Below, one piece after another: positions 31,259-39,525 of a stretch of DNA of 44,936 bases. Both the position numbers and the translations under genes were made by a program. Within the stretch, counting starts at the first letter, position 1. Each line of letters opens with the position of its first letter. This stretch comes from a virus. The stretch is taken from IMG/VR virus record IMGVR_UViG_3300045988_042992, positions 1 to 44,936 of that record; one strand, written 5' to 3'. The notes under the pieces are model-generated. The model saw nothing but the letters and a program-made list of their open reading frames with translations. It searched no databases and was not told the origin of the DNA.

Positions 31259-31702
31259 TTAGGAAACCAGGCCCAAATAATCCGCTACGTGCCACAAAAA
31301 TGCAGCTTTGCGGCGCTTCATGGTTCTCTCGCTGAATCCGCATCCGTCCATGATTCTAAGCGGGTATCTGTCCCGGTTCTCGCAATTCCGCATGATCACC
31401 CACACCAGCTTGCGCCGCACGTTCTCATTGGCAATATCCCGGCCCACGTTGTCCATGGCGTATTCCACGGCCCGCATTTTCTTTGTCTCCGGCCAGTTCT
31501 CTATGGTTGCCAGCCGTTCCGCCTTGCGCTCGGCTATCCTGCTGTTACCGGGGCTATGCGGCATACCGGACATGGCATAAGCCGACGACTCCAACACTTC
31601 TTCCCGGGCCGCGTTGTACGCGCGGACCCGGCGGGGATAGCCCCTGACGTAGGCGATACATTCCATGCGGATATCGTAGGGGAGAGAATATTTGTTGCTC
31701 AT
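31259..31702 (-). CDS. Late-gene transcriptional regulator candidate (RinA/ArpU-like)
   Basis: 147 aa; the last early gene before the packaging region. C-terminal HTH-like ...GFSERTMKRRKAAFLWHVADYLG. The layout is analogous to RinA-family activators. Confidence 0.5.
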   Translation of the reverse strand: MSNKYSLPYDIRMECIAYVRGYPRRVRAYNAAREEVLESSAYAMSGMPHSPGNSRIAERKAERLATIENWPETKKMRAVEYAMDNVGRDIANENVRRKLVWVIMRNCENRDRYPLRIMDGCGFSERTMKRRKAAFLWHVADYLGLVS

Positions 31703-31710
31703 CGTACCTC

Positions 31711-32067
31711 CTATTCCAGCGCCGTCTCAACGCCGTACTCTTTGAGCATCTGCCGGATATCTGCCCATGTAACGTACCCTTCCGCCACGCACTGAGCGGC
31801 GTGGTTTAGCTCCCCGGCAAGCTGCTGCACATCGTCCATCGGCGCGTCGTGCTTGTCGATCAGGACATACAGCATCAGGTCTATGCCCCGGCTCAGGCCC
31901 TCCACAATGCCGTTGCTGTAGGCTTTGTCTACGTCGGCCTGTGTGCTCTCCGAGAACACATCTTTGGTGTAAACAACACCATGATAGCGCCTTGTGTTCT
32001 CGATTGCTCTCGCACCGGCGTTCATGGCAAGCATGAGTTCTTCCGTGCGCTCGATGTATTCAGCCAT
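31711..32067 (-). CDS. Hypothetical protein (118 aa)
   Basis: The ATG at 32067 overlaps the upstream stop (ATGGCTGA). Confidence 0.55.
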   Translation of the reverse strand: MAEYIERTEELMLAMNAGARAIENTRRYHGVVYTKDVFSESTQADVDKAYSNGIVEGLSRGIDLMLYVLIDKHDAPMDDVQQLAGELNHAAQCVAEGYVTWADIRQMLKEYGVETALE

Positions 32068-32248
32068 TGTCAGCACCATCCCATTCTAACGGTTTGCCGC
32101 ACATCGGGCATTTTTCAGCCCTCTGCTCTTCTACCATCAGCCCCAACTTCCGCTTGCAATGCGGGCAGTACGGTATATGCCACCAGCCGTAACTTCCGCC
32201 AAGTTTCCATTTCTTGTCGCGGTAAAAAGGCTTTTTAGGTTCAGCCAT
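32060..32248 (-). CDS. Zinc-ribbon protein (62 aa)
   Basis: CPHC ... CPMC; SD AGGAGGTG. Confidence 0.55.
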   Translation of the reverse strand: MAEPKKPFYRDKKWKLGGSYGWWHIPYCPHCKRKLGLMVEEQRAEKCPMCGKPLEWDGADNG

Positions 32249-32423
32249 TTCCGCACCTCCTGTTCCATGCTCTGATGATATCATCGTCAGATGCCGCGCA
32301 ATCGTCCAAAGTAAACACCATGTCGCATCCGTCGCAGTAGATCATATTGTCTCTGAAATAGCTGTATTCCTTGTCGAAGCGAACGTCCCCACCACAGAAC
32401 GGGCACGGATTTAGCTTATCCAT
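32241..32423 (-). CDS. Lar-family restriction-alleviation-like protein (60 aa)
   Basis: MDKLNPCPFCGG...IYCDGCDM...DDIIRAWNRR matches the CPFCG...C..C...WN.R pattern of Lar-like proteins (from memory). Confidence 0.5.
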   Translation of the reverse strand: MDKLNPCPFCGGDVRFDKEYSYFRDNMIYCDGCDMVFTLDDCAASDDDIIRAWNRRCGNG

Positions 32424-32670
32424 CGTCATTCTCCTCAAGCATCTCCTTGATTTTCCCGATGTTCTCCCGGATGATATCCATGGTCACATCGCTCTGGATA
32501 TTGTGCGCAAACACGGCCTTATCCGTTGCATCGGCGTTGTAATATCCGGTAAAAACGGTCCCATCCGGCTTTGTTGCTGCAATACACAGGCATACCGGTT
32601 CAATGTCCACTACCGTTCTCAGGGAGTTTTCCAGCCATTCGGCCCAGGGCTGGCGTGTGATATCGTTCAT
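32416..32670 (-). CDS. Hypothetical protein (84 aa)
   Basis: ORF track; translationally coupled neighbours. Confidence 0.55.
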   Translation of the reverse strand: MNDITRQPWAEWLENSLRTVVDIEPVCLCIAATKPDGTVFTGYYNADATDKAVFAHNIQSDVTMDIIRENIGKIKEMLEENDDG

Positions 32671-33030
32671 TCACTCCACCTCCTGCATCCAAAACTCACG
32701 GCGGCAGGTGACACACTGCACTCCGCCACACCCATCTTTCCGCCATCCGTTCGGCCCCATAACAGATCTGGGGCAAATCTGCAATACTCCAAATTCCACT
32801 TGCGCGTTGGGCCACTGCTCCAAGAGCTCATCCTGCCGCGTCTTGCGGGGATGTTCCTTGCTCCACGTCTCAACAAGTTCCACCATCTTCTGCATTTGGG
32901 TCGTTTTCCCGAATTCGCTCGGGAACTCCGGCGTAAAGCCACAAAATTCGTTTGCGGCGCATGTATTGCAGGGTTCCGTATGCTGGTCACACATCCGCTT
33001 GGCTTCGCTCAAAAACTCCAGCGCGTCCAT
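32671..33030 (-). CDS. Cys-rich hypothetical protein (119 aa)
   Basis: ORF track. Confidence 0.55.
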   Translation of the reverse strand: MDALEFLSEAKRMCDQHTEPCNTCAANEFCGFTPEFPSEFGKTTQMQKMVELVETWSKEHPRKTRQDELLEQWPNAQVEFGVLQICPRSVMGPNGWRKDGCGGVQCVTCRREFWMQEVE

Positions 33031-33031
33031 A

Positions 33032-33211
33032 TCATTCTCCTTTCTCCAGCATATCAGCCGCCGCTCTCAAATCATCCGGCAGCATAATAGGTACTTCGTA
33101 GATATTTGCATCAGCCCATTCTGCATATTCTCGCAGGGTTTCGGCAATTTCTTTATGTGATGGCTTCACGGGGCCTCCTTTCACACCGCCACACGTCTCG
33201 TTGATGTTCAT
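33032..33211 (-). CDS. Small hypothetical protein (59 aa from ATG, or 45 aa from an internal GTG with a strong SD)
   Basis: Hand translation gives MNINETCGGVKGGPVKPSHKEIAETLREYAEWADANIYEVPIMLPDDLRAAADMLEKGE. ATGA overlap with the upstream ORF. Confidence 0.45.
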   Translation of the reverse strand: MNINETCGGVKGGPVKPSHKEIAETLREYAEWADANIYEVPIMLPDDLRAAADMLEKGE

Positions 33212-34587
33212 GTAATCGCTCCTCCAAACCTTAATTTGGTCACGGCAATCGGAAACTCCTCAATCTCGCTTGCCCAGATTGCCGTACCGGCACCGTGTAT
33301 ATTCTCCCAGCACAGTGGGAAGCCGCCGATGCCGTCGAACAGACTGCCGAGCGTTGCGCCCTCCGGCAGATAGGCCGCCATACGGCCCAACATCCAGCGC
33401 CAGAACGGCAGCGCGATGCTGTTGCCGAGTGCCTTGTACCGTGCGCTGTCGGAGGTCTTGCGCTTCTTGCCGGTGCTGTCGGTGTAGTCGCCGATGTCCG
33501 TCCAGCCGTCCGGAAATCCCTGCAGCCGTTCGCATTCCAGCGGCGTCAATCTACGCACCACCATGTTCTGCCCCGGGTATGTCTCCGCGTCCTCCCGGTA
33601 CGCACAGCCAGCATTTGCCCGCAGTGCGTGGCTCACGTCCTCACAAACGACTGCGTGGCTCACTTTACTTTCTCCTGCGCGTAATGCGTTCTTCGTTTCG
33701 CTTTCTGCCCAGTTTTCTTCCATCGCACTTTTGGGCTGGTATAAAATTGCTTGAGCATCGCGCATGGTGTTCAACGTTTGGCTGACTTCCTCCGCCATAA
33801 CACTGGCTTCGTTGGCTTGTCCGTTGCCGATACCGTATGCCACCAGCGGCACTTGATTGCCACCTGTTCCCATACGGGCTTGCAACGACGGGACCAGCTC
33901 TCCGCATTCGCGGATGACATCACAGGCGTGTGTCATGTCCAGCACCACCACTGACGGAGTTTGGTTCGTCCCGCTGGTTACCGCCGCCCGCGTGGGCGTA
34001 AAAATCGTCTGATCGTTCCCCTTGCCCAGCGTTCCGCTTTTCTCCGTCTGCACTAACGCGCCTTTTCCTCCCCCGTCACAGCTCCCCCTGATGCGGACTG
34101 CATACGATGTTGGGGCCTCTGTCGGCGCAGGGGCTTCCGTCCGCTCTTGCGGTGAGGCTCCTTGCGACTGCCGGATTAAAGCCGCTTTCAGCCGCTTCGG
34201 CAAATCCTTCCCCCGCCGCTCCGCTCTCCGCAATATCCCCTGACACGCTTTTGCGGTCAAAGAGTATTTCGGATGCGGTGTCTCCTCCAAAATCTGCGAC
34301 AACCGAGATACGACGACGGCGTTGGGGCACTCCCCAGTATTGCGCGTCGTGTGTTCGCCACGCCACGCTCCATCGTCCTCCCACTTCATCGTGGTATCCC
34401 CCCCAGGTAGGCCAGCCCTTTTCAGGCACTTCAATACCGGGGGCTTCCGGCTCGACGATTTTGATGATCTCTTCGAGCACGGCTGCGAAGTCTTTTCCTT
34501 TGTTGCTGCTAAAGGCTCCGGCCACGTTTTCCCACGCCATGTATCTCGGGCGAATAAGCTCTCCTGCCCTGCCAAGTCGTTTGTCAT
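33208..34587 (-). CDS. C5 DNA methyltransferase, frame B: TRD-like region, motifs IX and X, then motifs I-II at the C-terminus (true N-terminus uncertain)
   Basis: TLQARMGTGGNQVPLV; RRLTPLECERLQGFPDGWT; YKALGNSIALP; then LGSLFDGIGGFPL...WASEIEEFPIAV at the extreme C-terminus. Confidence 0.7.
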   Translation of the reverse strand: MTNDLAGQESLFARDTWRGKTWPEPLAATKEKTSQPCSKRSSKSSSRKPPVLKCLKRAGLPGGDTTMKWEDDGAWRGEHTTRNTGECPNAVVVSRLSQILEETPHPKYSLTAKACQGILRRAERRGKDLPKRLKAALIRQSQGASPQERTEAPAPTEAPTSYAVRIRGSCDGGGKGALVQTEKSGTLGKGNDQTIFTPTRAAVTSGTNQTPSVVVLDMTHACDVIRECGELVPSLQARMGTGGNQVPLVAYGIGNGQANEASVMAEEVSQTLNTMRDAQAILYQPKSAMEENWAESETKNALRAGESKVSHAVVCEDVSHALRANAGCAYREDAETYPGQNMVVRRLTPLECERLQGFPDGWTDIGDYTDSTGKKRKTSDSARYKALGNSIALPFWRWMLGRMAAYLPEGATLGSLFDGIGGFPLCWENIHGAGTAIWASEIEEFPIAVTKLRFGGAIT

Positions 34588-34768
34588 GCTCCCGCATCTC
34601 CTTTATCACTCTGATCTGCTCCATAAACAGACCGCTTCGCGCACCTGCGAGACCGGCACGCTTTCCCGCGATGCTCAGGTCCTGACACGGGCTTCCGCCC
34701 GTCACGCACCACACCGGCTCGATGGTGGCTCCGTCGAGCTTTGTAATATCACCGAGGTGTTGCATCAT
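34076..34768 (-). CDS. C5 DNA methyltransferase, frame A: motifs IV, VI and VIII only (no motif I)
   Basis: GGAGGTGGTGA-ATG start. GGSPCQDLSIAG; MAWENVAGAF; YWGVPQRRRRISVVADFGG. It overlaps frame B by 512 nt. Confidence 0.7.
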   Translation of the reverse strand: MMQHLGDITKLDGATIEPVWCVTGGSPCQDLSIAGKRAGLAGARSGLFMEQIRVIKEMREHDKRLGRAGELIRPRYMAWENVAGAFSSNKGKDFAAVLEEIIKIVEPEAPGIEVPEKGWPTWGGYHDEVGGRWSVAWRTHDAQYWGVPQRRRRISVVADFGGDTASEILFDRKSVSGDIAESGAAGEGFAEAAESGFNPAVARSLTARADGSPCADRGPNIVCSPHQGEL

Positions 34769-34821
34769 TCACCACCTCCATACTCCGATGATCTCGTCAA
34801 TGAGGGATTCTTGGGCGTAGA

Positions 34822-37323
34822 TCATTTTGTTTCCTCCATCAGGTCGAAAAGGGAAATGTTCATGTCTTCCTGCTCGTACTCCTTGAGATAGCCCACAGCA
34901 TCGCGGAAATACCCGTTGTTCAACTCGATGGTATACCCGCGCCGCCCGGCCTTCATCGCCTCCAGGGCGACAGTGCCAAGTCCGCCGAAGGGGTCCAGCA
35001 CCAATTCCCCGGGATTGCTGTAGCGATTGATAAGTCTGTCTACAATATCCAACTGGAGCGGGCAAACGTGCATTTGCTGGCGGCGCTGGCTCTGCGTGGT
35101 GTTAAGGGTGCGCATCCGGTTGATATCGTCCCACACCTGGTCTGTCCAACTCCCAGGCGCTGCCACCATGAACGTGGCGGGCAGTTTGTCGTCTGCGTCC
35201 AGTTCCTTCGCCATGCGGACATGTTCCGCGTAATCGTACACGGTCCCTCGGCTGTACTTCCGGTATGCCGCCTGAATCTTCCCGGTGTCCATGGCCATGA
35301 TCTCTTCTTTGGTCATGAGCCGGTCGCCAGATGAGCGCCAGAAACCGTGCGCGTCGATCTGCCATTGTGCCCGGGTGTATTCGTCCTTGCTCTTTACCAC
35401 CCTTTCATCTGCGTAAGCCTTGCTGCGGTCCGTAGGCAGCTTGCGGAACAGAAGAATGTATTCTGGGCAGCCCACCCCCATCTTTGAACCGTCCTTGCAC
35501 TGCTCTGTCCAGCCCAGCCGGTATGTCTGGTTGTTCTCTCGCACCACGTCCGTCACAACGGTAATCATGCCGAAATACGCAAACCCATGCTGCATGTAAT
35601 GCCGGATGCACATCGCGTGGAACGGCTCCATAGTGGGCATGCCCATGCCCGTGGCGTTGCCGAACAGAACCCGGTCCTTTACGTGGCAGCAGAACACACG
35701 CCCCGGCTTCAGTACGCGCAAGAGGTTTGGAGTCAGGTAGTCCATCTGCTCAAAGAATCTCCGTGTGTCCTCATTGTGGCCGAAATCGTTGTAACTGGGC
35801 GTGTACTCATAGTGGTTGGAAAACGGGATACTGGTCACAATAAGGTCCACGCTGTTTTCCGCCATCTTCGCCGTTTCCTCTACGCAGTCGTTATTCACGG
35901 CGATGAAATTCTTTCCCTTGATTTCCACTCTTTCAACTCCTATGCTCCGGCTCATTTTCTCCGTCTGGGCCTCGCCGGAAAGCCCATATTTCTGGACGAT
36001 CTCCCGCATTCGTGCCTGCATGTCGTTGTGTTGCTTCCACTTCTGCATCAGGACACGGTAGATGGGGTCCTCCGCTTCTGTGTAGATGATGTCGATAATC
36101 ACCTGTTCCGTCTGCAGGAACCTGTAAATTCGGTGGATTGCCTGAATGAAATCGTTGAACTCATAATCAATACCGATGAAGATAGCCCGGTGGCAATGTC
36201 TCTGGAAATTGCACCCGGAGCCAGATAGGCTCTTTTTCGTTGCAAACAAGCGTGTTCGGCCTTCCGAAAAATCAATTACCCGGCGCTCCCGCTCGTCGTA
36301 ATCCATGCTGCCGTAGATGTCCACGGTTTCCGGCAGGGATTTCTTTATTTCGTGGCGTTCCGCTTCCAGATCGTGCCACAAGATGAAATGTGCATCCTGG
36401 TCGCTGTCTACGATTCCTTTGGCTACGGCAACGCGCCGCTGAATGCTGTCACGCTTTTCCCGCGCGGCCTCCGCCAGAGATGTTGCCGCGTCGTTCATCA
36501 TTTTGTATTGCCCGTCCCGGTCCGTTTCCGTGCCGTAGTCGTCCGGAACGATATGCACCCGGACGTCCAACGGGGGAAGGTCATACCCGGTATCGTCATA
36601 TCCTAAATCGGAGGGCTTCCCCACGAACAGCGCCCACGAAGATACCCAGAGCCAGAATTCATCTTCTTTGTGCGGGTACAGGGTAAGGTTGTTTGCCTTG
36701 GTGCTGTCGCGCTGGAAAAAACGTGTCAGGGCCTGCCCCGTGTCCATGATCTCCAGATATCCAGCATAGTGGATAAGCTCCTTGTACCGATTGGGCGACG
36801 GTGTGGCCGTGCAGACCAGTTTATACTTCACGCCCCGGAACTTGGGCAGGAAGGTTTGATATGTCTTGCTCCCGAAACTGCGCAGCACGGACGCTTCATC
36901 CAGCGCTACAGCTGTGAACTGCGTTGGGTCGATGTCTCCGTCACGGACGCGCTCATAGTTTGTCATGGCGATCTCAGCGTCTGTTCCGGCCAAGTCCTGC
37001 ATCTTGGTGATGTATACCGGGGCCGGGTATCCCAAGATAGTTTCCGCGTCCCTGGCAAACTCTTGGCGGACACCCAACGGAAGGACGATCAACGCCCGTC
37101 CGCCGTCGTGCTTTACGGCCTGGTGACAGAACTCTATTTCTTGCACCGTCTTTCCGAGGCCGAAGGATTGGAATAAGGCCCGGTGCCCGCCGCGAAGCGC
37201 CCAAATCACAGAGTCCCGCTGGTGCGGTTTCAAGTTCGGGTTGATCTCCCTCGGGTCAACGCAAAACCCGCTCTCTTTGGCCAATACGATCTTGGATTTC
37301 AGAAATTCCAGATATGTTTCCAT
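34822..37323 (-). CDS. SNF2-family helicase fused to a beta-class N6A/N4C DNA methyltransferase (833 aa)
   Basis: Helicase motifs GLGKT, ALDEAS and QAIHRIYR. Methylase motif IV-like TSIPF precedes motif I DPFGGLGT. Confidence 0.85.
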   Translation of the reverse strand: METYLEFLKSKIVLAKESGFCVDPREINPNLKPHQRDSVIWALRGGHRALFQSFGLGKTVQEIEFCHQAVKHDGGRALIVLPLGVRQEFARDAETILGYPAPVYITKMQDLAGTDAEIAMTNYERVRDGDIDPTQFTAVALDEASVLRSFGSKTYQTFLPKFRGVKYKLVCTATPSPNRYKELIHYAGYLEIMDTGQALTRFFQRDSTKANNLTLYPHKEDEFWLWVSSWALFVGKPSDLGYDDTGYDLPPLDVRVHIVPDDYGTETDRDGQYKMMNDAATSLAEAAREKRDSIQRRVAVAKGIVDSDQDAHFILWHDLEAERHEIKKSLPETVDIYGSMDYDERERRVIDFSEGRTRLFATKKSLSGSGCNFQRHCHRAIFIGIDYEFNDFIQAIHRIYRFLQTEQVIIDIIYTEAEDPIYRVLMQKWKQHNDMQARMREIVQKYGLSGEAQTEKMSRSIGVERVEIKGKNFIAVNNDCVEETAKMAENSVDLIVTSIPFSNHYEYTPSYNDFGHNEDTRRFFEQMDYLTPNLLRVLKPGRVFCCHVKDRVLFGNATGMGMPTMEPFHAMCIRHYMQHGFAYFGMITVVTDVVRENNQTYRLGWTEQCKDGSKMGVGCPEYILLFRKLPTDRSKAYADERVVKSKDEYTRAQWQIDAHGFWRSSGDRLMTKEEIMAMDTGKIQAAYRKYSRGTVYDYAEHVRMAKELDADDKLPATFMVAAPGSWTDQVWDDINRMRTLNTTQSQRRQQMHVCPLQLDIVDRLINRYSNPGELVLDPFGGLGTVALEAMKAGRRGYTIELNNGYFRDAVGYLKEYEQEDMNISLFDLMEETK

Positions 37324-37327
37324 CGTC

Positions 37328-37888
37328 TCACCACTCCACCGTCACTTTTCCGCTCTCCGGCACCGCCACCCGCAGGAATCGCACCAAATCCGAAAAATCG
37401 TTGAAAATAAACTCCATGCGGCCATGTTCCAGGATCAATCTCTTCCCGGATTCCTGAGCCGTAGGTTCTTCGACGGGAGTCTCTGCGGCAGTCTGCTGTT
37501 CGGCGCTTGCCCACTCTGCAACCTTCCGGTGCCACAGTGGCAAATTCCCATTTCCGCGTGCAAACGGTGTCCCGGCGGCTTTTGCGGCGGCTCGTACGGT
37601 CATGTCTGACGTGCCCATTTCATCCGCCAGCCATTTTGCGGTACCGCCAAAGCTCTGCATGTTGCGAAAGAACTCGCGTTTCAGGTCCTCCGGCAGTGCC
37701 TTGAACTCCGGCCACGGCATGGGCCGGGTGATGTTGTAGCTTTTCACTTCTCCATTTTTCTCCCTTCTTTGCTTCGCGGTCAGGTTGTCGCTGGGCAGCG
37801 TACACCCGCCGCGCTTTCGGCTGATATGCGCAAACGCACCTCGCGCAGTGCGCTTTTTCTGCATGCAATCGTAGTCAAAGTCATTCAT
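37328..37888 (-). CDS. Hypothetical protein (186 aa)
   Basis: The ATG at 37888 is coupled to the RusA stop. The ORF-track upstream extension overlaps rusA. Confidence 0.55.
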   Translation of the reverse strand: MNDFDYDCMQKKRTARGAFAHISRKRGGCTLPSDNLTAKQRREKNGEVKSYNITRPMPWPEFKALPEDLKREFFRNMQSFGGTAKWLADEMGTSDMTVRAAAKAAGTPFARGNGNLPLWHRKVAEWASAEQQTAAETPVEEPTAQESGKRLILEHGRMEFIFNDFSDLVRFLRVAVPESGKVTVEW

Positions 37889-38249
37889 GCCGGCTGATAT
37901 ACACCTCCGTCCTGGGGTTTTCTTTGTCGTACAGGACCCGGCTCCCGTCGTGCGACACGATGATGTTACTGTTGTCATCTTCCAGGACTCTGGTATGTAC
38001 CAGCACATCGTCGATAGCTTCCAGGAGATTGGTCAGGTCCACGCGCCGGTGAGTCGGCATGTAAAACAGACACTTTACCGTTACCGGCTCCGATATCGGT
38101 TTGTCCGCGTGGCAGTACCATGCCGCCGACTCCTGATATTCCACAAACTGTCTGGATGGAAGGATCTTCGGCGCACCGTAAGGCCCACGGATGAGCCTGG
38201 GGTGGTTCTTCTTTGTCACAGGGGGCAGGGGAATAACGATCTTTTTCAT
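37881..38249 (-). CDS. rusA: RusA-family Holliday junction resolvase
   Basis: LPPVTKKNHPR..., ...CLFYMPTHRRVDLTNLLEAIDDVL...LEDDN is typical of RusA. Confidence 0.65.
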   Translation of the reverse strand: MKKIVIPLPPVTKKNHPRLIRGPYGAPKILPSRQFVEYQESAAWYCHADKPISEPVTVKCLFYMPTHRRVDLTNLLEAIDDVLVHTRVLEDDNSNIIVSHDGSRVLYDKENPRTEVYISRHE

Positions 38250-38256
38250 GTCACCC

Positions 38257-39522
38257 TCACTTCACTATGCGGCCCGTGTTGGGGAAGTAGGCCATCCGCA
38301 CCATCCCGGTGGGGCCGCGTCGGTTTTTGTCCAGGTATAGCTCCAGCATGTCCGGGTCCCATTCTCCCCGGTCTTCCTTCTCGCACGGGCGGTGCAGCAG
38401 CGTCACGGTGTCCGCGTCCTGCTCGATTGCGCCGGATTCCCGGAGGTTGGCCATAGTGGCCCGAAACTCGCCGCCACGATCTGACGCACCGGCTCTGTTC
38501 AGCTGGCACAGGCATAGAAGCGGGATATCCATCCGCATGGCCAGCAGTTTTGCCGACCGGCTGTTCTTCGTGGTGCTCTCGTAGAGCGTGGCTTTCTTGT
38601 TTTCCTGCTCCAACAGGCCGATGTGGTCCAGCACGATCAGCCCCGGTCGTTCTTTGTAGGCCAGCGCCGTGACAGCCCGCATGTCCATGCCCGTCCGCCG
38701 GTTGAACACGATTGGCAACTCGGACAGCTTGGCGGATGCTTCCGCGTACTTGGCGTATTCCGCTTCTGTCAGTGTGCCGCCGAACATCAGCAGCCGGGAG
38801 GATATCCCCGCTATGTTGGCCGTCAGCCTACTGGTGCAGTCGTCCGGTGACATCTCCAGGGAGATATACAGCACCTTCACGCCGCGTTTTGCCGCATTGA
38901 GGGCAATTTGCATAGCCAGGGCAGATTTACCCTTTCCGGGCCGTGCGGCGACGATGTGAAAACCGCCGTTGATAAGCCCCCCGCCCAGCAACCGGTCAAA
39001 TTCCTGCAAGCCAGTTTTGACGTATGGTGGAGGCCCGCCAGCAAAACCCTTGTCGACGCGATTTTTAAGGCTCTTCACGGCCTCGGAGACTTCCAGCCCC
39101 ACGGATACCCACGTGCCGTCCTGAATCGCAGTGACGGCTTCCTGTGCTGTTCTGAGCGCATCCTGTGGGGATAGCTCCGCTGTTCGGAGTTCTTCGCCCA
39201 AATCCCTGAGCTTCCGCCCCATGGATGCATCCCGCATTCCAGACACCCACACGTCGATGTTGGCGGTGGTAACGACAACGTCCATGCAGTCCGTCATGAT
39301 CTTGCTGGTCACGTTGTCGTTGCGGCTGGATGCGTCCATCAGCACGGACGGAGCATCCGCAGGGTCCCCGGCTTCATTCCGCCGCTGAATGGCCCGGAAC
39401 AGCTCTGCGTATTCCGGCACCAGGAAGTCATCCGGGGACAGCTCTGCGGCGGCTTCGTAGCATTCTGGCTGGATGAGCAATGCGCCAATGACGTTTTGCT
39501 CCAGGTAGAGAGAGTCTAGCAT
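38257..39522 (-). CDS. dnaB: Replicative DNA helicase DnaB
   Basis: N-terminal DnaB-type domain, Walker A ARPGKGKSALAM, and ...LIVLDHIGLL... / ...SGAIEQDAD.... Confidence 0.9.
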   Translation of the reverse strand: MLDSLYLEQNVIGALLIQPECYEAAAELSPDDFLVPEYAELFRAIQRRNEAGDPADAPSVLMDASSRNDNVTSKIMTDCMDVVVTTANIDVWVSGMRDASMGRKLRDLGEELRTAELSPQDALRTAQEAVTAIQDGTWVSVGLEVSEAVKSLKNRVDKGFAGGPPPYVKTGLQEFDRLLGGGLINGGFHIVAARPGKGKSALAMQIALNAAKRGVKVLYISLEMSPDDCTSRLTANIAGISSRLLMFGGTLTEAEYAKYAEASAKLSELPIVFNRRTGMDMRAVTALAYKERPGLIVLDHIGLLEQENKKATLYESTTKNSRSAKLLAMRMDIPLLCLCQLNRAGASDRGGEFRATMANLRESGAIEQDADTVTLLHRPCEKEDRGEWDPDMLELYLDKNRRGPTGMVRMAYFPNTGRIVK

Positions 39523-39525
39523 GCG

